From Macrostomum lignano (taxonomy: Eukaryota): a stretch of 64,000 nucleotides of DNA. The stretch spans positions 186,001 through 250,000 of the forward strand of contig NIVC01001651.1 in NCBI GenBank assembly GCA_002269645.1, written 5' to 3'. The notes beneath the pieces were generated by a model. The model saw only the letters and a program-made list of their open reading frames with translations. It was not told the origin of the DNA and made no database searches. Position numbers and translations under genes: made by a program. This document shows positions 21,151 to 33,010 of the stretch, one piece after another (the stretch's first letter is position 1; every line of letters begins with the position of its first letter).

Positions 21151-23047
21151 CCACCCGACCAGCATGGATTTAATCGGTAGAAAAGGTAACGTTTTCTACG
21201 ATTAGATAGGGTAGATGGCATGTCGACTGCCAGCATAACATGCTTTCCTTCTGATTAAAAGCGGACTGTATATACTTGTATTGGGCAGTTATGGCGCGCA
21301 ATTCAAAAGCCTACGCACAACCAATATTATAATGGCTCGACATATTTAATTAGTATAGGGCATTGTGTTAGTATGTATGAATTCAAGACCTAGACTAATA
21401 AAGCATGAGTTTGTGTCTATAGAGTCGAAAACTTTGGAAATGTGTCGCCCTAGCTTGCACAAAAAGCCATGTATGACATGACTGAATGAAATTTAATTAG
21501 GAGGTTAATGATTGTAAAATAAACTAGCTACTTGGACCTCTTGACAATAAGGATGAAATGGTCCTGTTGCAGGCAGATATATATTTTAATTGGGCTTAAA
21601 AAAAAAGAAAAAGCTTGATGGCTAGCTAGCTAGGTGGCCTTGGCTCACCCAGTTATTGGCCTTATATTGGCCTTCTTATCAATATGTGGGCCATTTTGTA
21701 CTGCATTGTGCTTTAATCTACTTTGTTTTTCTTCTTTATTGCCAGGTATTTAGTATAATTTTTTAGCTCTTAGTTGTATTCTTTATTTTAATATCACTCT
21801 ATACTTGTACCATGAAAAGACACACAAAAGGCCTTGTCAATTTTAGGCCTATGATAGGTAGCTAGCTATGTTATTTTATTTTAGTAATAGGCCTATAGCT
21901 ATTAAGAGTAGGCCTACTAAATTATTAGTCTATAAAATGTATATGGTCTAAAATAGGCTAGCTATTTTAGACCCTATTATATTTTATGCTTCTTGTCTAA
22001 CAATCTAATAATTGTTGTAGGCCAATATTATGAAATGTATAGGCCTAGCTATAGAAAAAGAAAAAGAAGCCAATAACCTTCCTAATGAATAAATTAATTA
22101 ATATTAGTTCAGTTGTGTATTTACTTTATATTTATTGTCATATGAATTATATACTTATAAGACAGAGTTTTGATTTTTATAGATAGAGATTGCATTTAGC
22201 CTAGGCCTATCTACTCTAGTCTGCCTATCCTCTACCTATGTCTGTTCTCTCAATCATTATATTTTTACTTTTTCCCTCTCTTAATTCCTTTATATCATGC
22301 TTCTCAATTATCTCCCATCTTTGCCCCTCCCCAATTCCCTCCTATCCTGCCCACCCCCCAATTCCCTCCTATCCTGCCCACCCCCCAATTCCCTCCTATC
22401 CTGCCCACCCCCAATTCCCTCCTATCCTGCCCACCCCCCAATTCCCTCCTATCCTGCCCACCCCCAATTCCCTCCTATCCTGCCCACCCCCAATTCCCTC
22501 CTATCCTGCCCATCCCCCAATTCCCTCCTATCCTGCCCATCCCCCAATTCCCTCCTATCCTGCCCATCCCCCAATTTCCGCCATCCTGCCCCTCAATCTT
22601 TTCACCCTTGGGTTTTAAGCTATAAACCCAAGGCAATTCAAAATCTGGAAATGAATTTCAAATTGGAAAATTGAATTCAGCATTTCAAGCACCTTTCAAA
22701 AAGGCAAAACTATAGAGCTAGAAAATATGGAACTATTTAACTTCCTTAAGTTCAATAAGTTATAGTTGGATATTGCCAACTCTTTTCCAGGTGCCTCTAT
22801 CTAGCTAATGCTAACAAAAATGTTGCAAGGTGTACTTTAATATTATATTTGTTCTAGTAAGCAGTTTTTCTGTGTCTCCCATTCTACCCCACCTTTCCCT
22901 CCCGTTCTACCCTTCCATTCCTTCCCATTCTACCCCTCCATTCCCTCCCATTCTACCCCCACCATTCCCTCCCGTTCTACACTTCCATTCCCTCACATTC
23001 AACCCCCTCCATTCCCTCCCATTCTACCCTTCCATTCCTTCCCATTC
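21151..23047 (+). repeat. Left TIR of KDZ element (~1.9 kb, includes C-rich minisatellites)
   Basis: Reverse complement of ~30148-32020, with a few substitutions and small indels. Confidence 0.9.
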
Positions 23048-23316
23048 CCACCCCTCTGCTCTTTCCTACCCTCCTCCGCTCCACCCTCTCCCACCCAACT
23101 CTTTTCTACCTTCTCCTATACCTCCACCATCTCCGCCCTCTTCCGCCCTCCCATACACCCCTCGCCCTCTCCCACCCTTTCCCGCCTTTTTTGAAATCCC
23201 ACCACCCTCTCCCACACCCTTTCGCTCTCTCCCATCCTCTTCCGAAAGGCTGGAAGGGGGTTTTTCTGATTGCAATTTCGATTACATTTCCAGTGCTACT
23301 GCCATTTTCGAAAGCT

Positions 23317-25836
23317 ATGGGTCGCCATGGCAAAGTTCGTAAAAGAAGTACGTGGTCCATGTTTGTAAAGCTAAGAGGATCTAGTAAGTATTGCGTTTCT
23401 GTTATGGAGAAGTTTTGAAACTAGTGAGAAACATTTAATGTTTGTTTTATTTAAAATACTTAAATTTCGAAAATAGTGACGTGAGAATCAGCCTCCGGCT
23501 GCTAGAGCTGCTTCGAGGCTTCGTCTGCTGTCATACGATTCTGATCCTGGTTTGATTTAAAATACTTACATTTCTCATTCAGACGGATTTTCGAAAGACC
23601 GCATGGCCTTCTTGGCAAACGAATTTAAACAACTGACCTCTGAGGACAAGGCCGTCCTAGAAAATGCCGCCAAGGAGGCGAAGCAGCAGTGCCTATCGCG
23701 TTGTCCATCAAGCCTTGAGCTGGAAGAAATGGTAATCACAGATAGCGACTGGTATGGTAATCGTCCCGGAAATATGGTGAATTTTCTATCAGAAATCGAA
23801 GTTATAGATATGTGATCCAGTGAGGTGGCAGTCGTACTCTCACTGGTTATGATATGACCGCTGATTCGCAGTTTTCAACAATTGTATAGCTAGATTGAGT
23901 CCCGGCTCATAACCGTTCTTGTTACATATCCCAATTCTATCCCAAAGCTAAAAATAAGATCCGAGCTGCATTATCCCAATTTGGCCTGCGTAGATAAACA
24001 ATCCTTCAATATTTAGCTCAATGTCGCACTCAAATTGCACACACATAAATGCGTACATTAGTAAACAGTTTGCTGTTCCCCCCCCCCTCAATAATAACTT
24101 ATTACGCACATACTACCCCAGGCCCGTGCAATGTTTTATAGCCAGGATCTGCTGAGCATCTGTAAATCTGCTTATTCACTTCCAGGCACGAGGACTGTAT
24201 GCTGATTACCACATCTTACTGATAGTCAAGAAGCGCAACGGCTCAAGCTTTCGCACTTGTGCGTCTCCCGAAGTCGCAGGACTTCTAAACGAAAATTCTG
24301 GACTTTTACAAGTAGGTCAAAAATTTCCAGAGTTGTTTACGGACCTTTATCTACAGATTCTCCAATTATCTACGATGGGTACAATTCTTTCTTTTTATTA
24401 CACGAGGGTAACCTGGCGCAACGCCTTGGGTGACATCATTTCAAAGCCAGCACGGAGGCAATTCCGCCCATTCCGCTGACTTTGAGCACACACACGGATA
24501 CGTACGCAGGTGCACACTCACATAGAGGTATACATCTGCTCTGACTTTCTCGTCGGCAGGCATTTTTACCACTGCCTGGGGGTTGGCCTAGTGGCATAAA
24601 TCGCACAAGCCCCAGGTGGCCATCCGCCCCACAAATTAATGTACTGCGCTGCAGAATTGAGCCCAAGAATTATTCGTGGCAGTCCGATTCGTTACCGCTC
24701 GGCTACTTAGTCCCCTAAGATATTATAAAATTCTAATATTTCTAAGGTGCACATTATAAAATCCATCTATTTAGCAATGCATATGTTTGCAGCATTACGT
24801 ATATTTTTCGCTTGCTTCTTCGTTACAGAAGTTCGACTTACTGAGTGCTGGCCTGGCAGAGCCTTCCACTCGAAAACCCACGGTTGAGCACATGCGCAAA
24901 GAGGTTCGGGCATCAGTTCGCATGGCATATGGTGAGATGACAATATTGCTTACTTGTTGGCTTGTGTATTTTCCACTTCGCTTGTTTAATTCAGCTGTGA
25001 CTCAAGGCTATAGTGGAAGCGCGAGCTCTCTAAAATCTGGCGGACCATTTTCATCAGTTGCTTTTGTGGCTATTTTGTGATCGCAATCAGTTTGTTCGAA
25101 TCCATATTACAGGCTTCATCTATTACATTCTTTCTCAGCTCAAGCCGGAATGGGCGCCAAGCTGAATTTTAAAAACCTACGTGGCGCATTCTTCCCGAGC
25201 ATTAAAAATCCTGCGGAGATGAACGCCGCAGAGCTTCGGGAGGCGTATGAATCGCGTGGCCACTTACGATTCATCCGCATCGAGTCTGAGAATCGGCCTC
25301 CGGCTGCTAGTGCTGCTTCGAGGCCTCACACGCTGTCATCCGATCCTAATCCTGCGTCCGACCTGTGGCCGGTCGGTGCTGCTGCCCAGGCCTTCAGGCT
25401 CAGCTCGGACTCGGCCGGTGGATCTGCGGTCATCGTCGGTCGCGGCTCGGCCGGCGGATCTGCGGTCGTCGTCGGTCGCGGCTCGGCCGGCGGATCTGCG
25501 GTCATCGTCGGTCGCGGCTCGGCCGGCGGATCTGCCGTCGTCGGCGGTCGTGGCCCGGCCGGCGGATCTGCGGTCGTCGGCGGTCGCGGCTCGGCCGGCG
25601 GATCTGCGGTCGTCGTCGGTCGCGGCTCGGCCGGCGGATCTGCGGTCGTCGTCGGTCGCGGCTCGGCCGGCGGATCTGCGGTCGTCGTCGGTCGCGGCTC
25701 GGCCGGCGGATCTGCGGTCGTCGTCGGTCGCGGCTCGGCCGGCGGATCTGCGGTCGTCGTCGGTCGCGGCTCGGCCGGCGGCTTCGCTACCGTGACTGGC
25801 GTTGGCAGCTCCAGCGAGGGGACTATGCTGTACTAA
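23317..25836 (+). CDS. Multi-exon HMG-box-like accessory gene inside the KDZ element (internal exons only partly resolved)
   Basis: Exon 23317-23383 spliced (phase 1) to 23583 gives KVRKRSTWSMFVKLRGSNGFSKDRMAFLANEFKQLTSEDKAVLENAAKEAK, an HMG-box pattern. Further likely exons lie at ~24200-24311, ~24830-24930 and 25139-25836. Confidence 0.55.
25410..25782 (+). repeat. 36-bp GC-rich tandem repeat, ~10 copies, in frame (SAGGSAVVVGRG)
   Basis: Visible in the DNA and in the ORF 25150-25836 translation. Confidence 0.95.
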
Positions 25837-26055
25837 AGTGCTGTTTTCTTCCTTATTTTTGTAACGGACTGAGATTAAAACAGGGTTGAAAGAACACGCA
25901 TTTTGCATTGCTGTCGTTTTTTTTTCGTGGCGTCCTGGAAGTTATTCGACTCCCTTTCGGTTTTAGGAAACTCAATGTCATTCCGATACTCTATGCAAAA
26001 TCCCTAGTACTTTTACATATATTTACATATAGTTCAATTTCTCAGCTCAGTATGT

Positions 26056-29000
26056 TTAGTGTTTTGCGCTTAGGAACTTCTGCGGACACATGAGCCTTTG
26101 GTGTTTCTTCCACGGCTGCACAGTCAGTGGAAAGGGCCTGGCGGTGTGGCTGTCGAGGCGTGAGTAAATTGACGACGACGGATCTCCCAGATCTTTCAGC
26201 GAATACTGACAGCCACTAGATTCACGCAGCTCACTCATCTCCTTACATAGTACATCTGCCTTGCGAGTGAGCAGTCGAGCCTGGTGCGACCCTGGATGTG
26301 ATAGAATAGGGTAATTAAGTTTTTAAAAGTTAAAGTTTTAAGCGAAAAAGTTTTTTATACAAGGCAATTAAAATACACACCAACTAAGAAGAGCGAATAA
26401 GAAGGCAATGCCGACTGTACCTCTCGTGAAATCAAATTTTAATATTTATGCGACATACCTATGCAGCGGTTCAATTCGCTTAACGTCCGCCGCTTCTCAA
26501 CTGCAAGTCGACGCATTTTTGAAGCCAATCGCCAGTACGCAGAAGCGCCGCACGAGCGTCTTCGCGGAGCCATTGCTGACCTAGATGCACCAATTGCTCA
26601 GTGGTGAAACCTAAAGTTTTTAATAACATAATAATTGGAACCTAGATAATTTTACATATTTGTAAAATATCATATCCAGTACGTGAATATTGCCGAATAT
26701 TGCAATTTTTAACTAACCCGACTGTGAAACGATTCCCTGAATTTCACGGACGTGCTGATCGATTAGCTTCTCTTTTTTCGAAATTAGTTTTTCCCTGGAT
26801 TTCAGCCATGAATCTGAAAAGGAAAGGCAAGAACCAGTAAAATACAAAAGGCAACTTTTCAACAACGCCAGTAATGAATGGGTTTTCAGTTTCACAGTGA
26901 TTTCGCAGGGAGCCAATTAAGTCATGTCCAATCACACCACCAACAGACAATTATCTCAACAAAAAATTGGACTATTATCTCAGCAAATAATTATATAAGT
27001 TAACATTTTCAGCTATTATATAGTGCACATGAGATGTGACCTATTAAATAGAATGCTAACCAGGATCCAGACGCAGGTGGTACATTCCGATGATATGCGC
27101 GATAAGCCTGGTGCGCCTATCAATGCGCATCTCCTTCAGGATGCGCCCGTATGGGCGCAAGAGCGAGAAAATGCGTTCGCAGATTTCTCCGTCAGTGATA
27201 CCGGTACCAGGCGTAACGCGGATAGAGTTGTTAAGCTGGATCAAATAAATTTTAAGAAAATCGGTCTCAGGCTACTAGTCTTACTTAAGTGAACCAGCTG
27301 CAGCAACACAATAAATTTCTAATTCCTTTGAATTTAAAACTTCAAAAATACTTAAAACACGCACCGCTCTCCAGGAGTGCGCACGTCAGAGCAAGCCCAA
27401 ATAAATCCGTGACGACATGCAATAATAAAAAAGCCTTTGACGTCCAGCTTGGAGGATGTGCGACAGACATAAGATGTTTCTCCTGCAGTCCAATTCGGGC
27501 AGGCGCCATGAGCAGGCGCAATGACTTGACCAGAAAGGTCAACACGCGCAAACGGGAACGGAATTTCTCCGTCTAGGGGCTCATCGCTAACGTCAGCACC
27601 TGCAGCAGATCTACGCCTCCATCCCATAAGAGCGTCGCCGTGCAAGATAGGTCCCTGTCGAAAACAAGTTTATGGCGTGAATTTGTACTACATTCATCTT
27701 CCTTACCCGCTACATGTGTTTTCGTCTTGTCTTACCACTTCACTAGATCGGCAAAGCGTACACTCGGAAGGAAATCTTGCGACTTGAGCTAAAAAAGCTC
27801 TATACAAGCCGATGGTGTTGTTGCGCAGAAGATCGCTGTACAAATCTCGCTGCGGTGTGTAGTTTAAGAGAAGTGTTATAAGGATTAAAAGAGTATAAGA
27901 CCAGAAAATATAGACAACTTAAAAGAAAGACTAGTGTTTTATGTCTTGCGTCAATAACTGCCCTATTTACACCTTATTTTCTTGTCTCGCAGTCAGCTTT
28001 AATAAATGATGGATGAAGGAAAAATAAGAAACTCACCCCCGAGGCGCTGCCCAAAACAAATTCTTCTATCTCCAACGACGGCACAAGCCTTTGACAGCGA
28101 TGTGATTCCATTGACCATGATGGAATCCAACGTATTTAATAGTTCGAACGACACGAAGGTCAAGGTGCTGTCGGAAGTTGGAAAATAGTTTAGGGCAACC
28201 ATGAATTCTGAGCAATGCTGAGTATCGCATGCGTCGATCACAGTCGAATGGTAACCTGCAAAAGGAGAAGCAGAAGAAAACAACCATCTACGTACATCAC
28301 TAAGTTTTTTATGTTCAATAATCAGCCCACGTGCTTATGAGCAGAGCGTATAAAATGATACAAATAATCTGAATCCATAAAAAAAACATATCTCAAATGA
28401 GCACCCCAGCGCTAAAATTATGTTACCCATATTTAATAAGGAAATCTAATTATTAACAGCCTAGGAATAGAGACAGAATGAATATATCGTGTAACAACGA
28501 ACGAGACTTTCCTCCATAAGCATCCAAAAGTTGCACTTTTAAGGATGAGCCTGGAAAGCAGCCACACTTAAACTTGGGAGGCAGGTCGAGAAGCTCACCA
28601 TTCTAAAAAGCAGAGTTAGGATTGGATGAGTAGAGATAGTGATTTGTGGGCGTGGATTGAAGGGATTGGGGAATATATAGGAATAGAAGGAATAAATAAG
28701 GGTGGATGGAAGTAATTCAGAGATTAGTCACAACGTCTTTAACACATTTAACTGACATTTAATTTGGACAGTAAAAACATAAAAAACGCCGCACATGCAT
28801 TACCTGGAACATAGAATGCACGAGACCTTTATGGCGACTAGCGGCACATTTTGTGCAGAAGAAGGCTGCACATTGTGGGCAGTATATCGAGCCTAGGCTC
28901 GTACACTCAGCGCAAGTACCGATCTCGACAGCCCTTAAGAAGGCTGCGAGAATTCCTGGCCTGGTACTAGCCCTGACATCTTCCCAGTCAGAAGGCTCTC

Positions 29001-29170
29001 CGTTAGCGTGGCTGCTATCTGCCAATGGAACGGGCTCATCTTGGACAATGCTGTCCAGTACCTGAGTAGCAGTCAGAGTCTTTTTCAGCTCTTGATTCTT
29101 CCTAATGCCAGCCAAGAGTGCTGTGCGACCATTTATTCGCACTCGTAATTATTTCTTTGAGCGGCTCTGA
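26056..29170 (-). CDS. KDZ/Zisupton-like transposase, multi-exon, possibly defective
   Basis: CxC-like segment YFPTSDSTLTFVSFELLNTLD; LHGDALMGW; KLDVKGFFIIACRHG...PGE; PGTGITDGEICERIFSLL...EMRIDRR (KDZ CrH, GE and TDGE..ER motifs). The N-terminal C..C...C..C...FC..C...H is B-box-like. Confidence 0.72.
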
Positions 29171-29394
29171 AAGGAGTATATAGAAACATTGCAGAAAAAA
29201 TATATGCTAATTTATGCCCTAGTCTTTTAACCTTACGTAACCCAACACTATTGTCTATTAATAACTGACAGCCAACACATTCCGCATCTTTCTGCTCTCC
29301 AAGACTTCAACGAATACTCCCTCAGGATATATAATAGCTACTTAAAATATATACTAATGCAAAATATTATTAGCAATTAGCTATTCAGGAGACA

Positions 29395-30320
29395 GGGTAG
29401 AACAGGGTAGAATGGAAGGGTAGAATAGGAGGAAATGGAAGGGTAGAACGGGAGGGAATGGAGGGGGTAGAATGTGAGGGAATGGAAGGGTAGAATGGGA
29501 GGGAATGGAGGGGGTAGAATGTGAGGGAATGGAAGGGTAGAATGGGGGGGAATGGAGGGGGTAGAATGTGAGGGAATGGAAGGGTAGAATGGGAGGGAAT
29601 GGAGGGGGTAGAATGTGAGGGAATGGAAGGGTAGAATGGGAGGGAATGGAGGGGGTAGAATAGGAGGGAATGGAAGGGTAGAACGGGAGGGAATGGAAGG
29701 GTAGAACGGGAGGGAATGGAGGGGGTAGAATGTGAGGGAATGGAAGGGTAGAATGGGAGGGAATGGAAGGGTAGAATGGGAGGGAATGGAGGGGGTAGAA
29801 TGTGAGGGAATGGAAGGGTAGAATGGGAGGGAATGGAGGGGGTAGAATGTGAGGGAATGGAGGGGTAGAATGGGAAGGAATAGAAGGGTAGAATGGGAAG
29901 GAATGGAAGGGTAGAATGGGAAGGAATGGAGGGGGTAGAATGTGAGGGAATGGAAGGGTAGAATGGGAGGGAATGGAGGGGGTAGAATGTGAGGGAATGG
30001 AGGGGTAGAATGGGAAGGAATAGAAGGGTAGAATGGGAGGGAATGGAGGGGGTAGAATGTGAGGGAATGGAAGGGTAGAATGGGAGGGAATGGAGGGGGT
30101 AGAATGTGAGGGAATGGAGGGGTAGAATGGGAAGGAATAGAAGGGTAGAATGGGAAGGAATGGAAGGGTAGAATGGGAGGGAATGGAGGGGGTTGAATGT
30201 GAGGGAATGGAAGTGTAGAACGGGAGGGAATGGTGGGGGTAGAATGGGAGGGAATGGAGGAGTAGAATGGGAAGGAATGGAAGGGTAGAACGGGAGGGAA
30301 AGGTGGGGTAGAATGGGAGA
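29395..30320. repeat. G/A-rich minisatellite (GGGAGGGAATGGA[G/A]GGGTAGAAT-type units)
   Basis: Dozens of ~24-bp degenerate units, continuous with the inner end of the right TIR. Confidence 0.9.
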
Positions 30321-32020
30321 CACAGAAAAACTGCTTACTAGAACAAATATAATATTAAAGTACACCTTGCAACATTTTTGTTAGCATTAGCTAGATAGAG
30401 GCACCTGGAAAAGAGTTGGCAATATCCAACTAGGCCTATAACTTATTGAACTTAAGGAAGTTAAATAGTTCCATATTTTCTAGCTCTATAGTTTTGCCTT
30501 TTTGAAAGGTGCTTGAAATGCTGAATTCAATTTTCCAGTTTGAAATCCATTTCCAGATTTTGAATTGCCTTGGGTTTATAGCTTAAAACCCAAGGGTGAA
30601 AAGATTGAGGGGCAGGATGGCGGAAATTGGGGGATGGGCAGGATAGGAGGGAATTGGGGGATGGGCAGGATAGGGGGGAATTGGGGGGTGGGCAGGATAG
30701 GAGGGAATTGGGGGTGGGCAGGATAGGAGGGAATTGGGGGGTGGGCAGGATAGGAGGGAATTGGGGGTGGGCAGGATAGGAGGGAATTGGGGGTGGGCAG
30801 GATAGGAGGGAATTGGGGGGTGGGCAGGATAGGAGGGAATTGGGGAGGGGCAAAGATGGGAGATAATTGAGAAGCATGATATAAAGGAATTAAGAGAGGG
30901 AAAAAGTAAAAATATAATGATTGAGAGAACAGACATAGGTAGAGGATAGGCAGACTAGAGTAGATAGGCCTAGGCTAAATGCAATCTCTATCTATAAAAA
31001 TCAAAACTCTGTCTTATAAGTATATAATTCATATGACAATAAATATAAAGTAAATACACAACTGAACTAATATTAATTAATTTATTCATTAGGAAGGTTA
31101 TTGGCTTCTTTTTCTTTTTCTATAGCTAGGCCTATACATTTCATAATATTGGCCTACAACAATTATTAGATTGTTAGACAAGAAGCATAAAATATAATAG
31201 GGTCTAAAATAGCTAGCCTATTTTAGACCATATACATTTTATAGACTAATAATTTAGTAGGCCTACTCTTAATAGCTATAGGCCTATTACTAAAATAAAA
31301 TAACATAGCTAGCTACCTATCATAGGCCTAAAATTGACAAGGCCTTTTGTGTTTCTTTTCATGGTACAAGTATAGAGTGATATTAAAATAAAGAATACAA
31401 CTAAGAGCTAAAAAATTATACTAAATACCTGGCAATAAAGAAGAAAAACAAAGTAGATTAAAGCACAATGCAGTACAAAATGGCCCACATATTGATAAGA
31501 AGGCCAATATAAGGCCAATAACTGGGTGAGCCAAGGCCACCTAGCTAGCTAGCCATCAAGCTTTTTCTTTTTTTTAAGCCCAATTAAAATATATATCTGC
31601 CTGCAACAGGACCATTTCATCCTTATTGTCAAGAGGTCCAAGTAGCTAGTTTATTTTACAATCATTAACCTCCTAATTAAATTTCATTCAGTCATGTCAT
31701 ACATGGCTTTTTGTGCAAGCTAGGGCGACACATTTCCAAAGTTTTCGACTCTATAGACACAAACTGCTTTATTAGTCTAGGTCTTGAATTCATACATACT
31801 AACACAATGCCCTATACTAATTAAATATGTCGAGCCATTATAATATTGGTTGTGCGTAGGCTTTTGAATTGCGCGCCATAACTGCCCAATACAAGTATAT
31901 ACAGTCCGCTTTTAATCAGAAGGAAAGCATGTTATGCTGGCAGTCGACATGCCATCTACCCTATCTAATCGTAGAAAACGTTTACCTTTTCTACCGATTA
32001 AATCCATGCTGGTCGGGTGG
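30148..32020 (-). repeat. Right TIR of KDZ element
   Basis: Mirror of 21151-23047. Confidence 0.9.
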
Positions 32021-33010
32021 TCATACCCCACCCCAATCATAGCCAATAGGAAATGAGGAAATATATAGACCTACTCCTATCCAAGCAGCCATTCAGAGCT
32101 GTGGCCATCTTGGTGTGTGGCCATCTTGGTCATGCGCCGCCAACTAGACCTACTAACCAAGTATTTTTTACTCTATAATTTGGTTTTCATTTACTCTATA
32201 AACAAAGTCTAAATTAAGAATTTTTATGCTAGATATATGACCCTTACTAAATGAGTTAGTCTAAAAATGAAAGTCCTTAGCCTATATCTATAGGTCTAGT
32301 CTAGCCCTTCTATCCATTGTTATTTATCCACAGTTACATTAACAAAATAGGCCTAGCCTAGCTGTCTTGTCTTCTATATATGGGGCCTACTTTAAACAAT
32401 AGTTTATAGTTTTAAAAAAACTTTTTTAGGCTTAGCTACTTACTACAATTGTTTGCACTATAAAAATTTAAATTTGTTTAAACTTTTACTCCAATAAAAA
32501 AGTTAGTCCTTAAAAATAAAAACTATGTTTTATAGCATTTCATAGACATGACATAACTTTGGAATTCTTCTTTGTAGAGATCAACTTTATAAAGATCTTT
32601 TACTTTGTGGAATACCAACTTAAATTTTAGACTTTTGGTAATTTGGTATTTGCTACTTTGGCATTTAATTGTTTTAGTTGACCTAAGATTTTATTATATA
32701 TCTAAACAAGCTATTAAAACCCATATTTTGAACCCAAAGAATTCTAATCCTTAGAACTTTTGCATATTTGAATTTTTGTTTGTTTTTTAAAATTCCAAAG
32801 TCATTCTCAATATTTGAACAAAAACTTTTTAATATACTCATAGTTAGGATAAAGTAAACAAAAAGGAATTTATGTAAAATTAGAATGAGGCAAACATTAA
32901 TCTTGAACTGGCTAGGATTCTGCATAGAATATCAGGCAATGTAGCTATTTGACTCGAAACATGTACATTGGCAAAGTCTAACCTCTGCCTCTAATTCTTC
33001 TTACATTGCG

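Larger units (their letters stand above)
21151..32020. mobile_element. Large KDZ (Kyakuja-Dileera-Zisupton)-type DNA transposon with ~1.9-kb TIRs (10,870 bp)
   Basis: Begins CCACCCGACC and ends GGTCGGGTGG, flanked by TCATA on both sides (21146-21150 and 32021-32025). It contains KDZ transposase motifs. Confidence 0.8.

Noticed and set aside
24436-24666. ORF similar to 44404-44748
   Set aside because: The similarity is DNA-level between two diverged copies of a dispersed non-coding repeat (opposite strands), and the frames are not conserved.
23800-26050. TET/JBP dioxygenase within the KDZ element
   Set aside because: No HxD...H...R 2OG-Fe(II) motif set was recognised in any frame examined.
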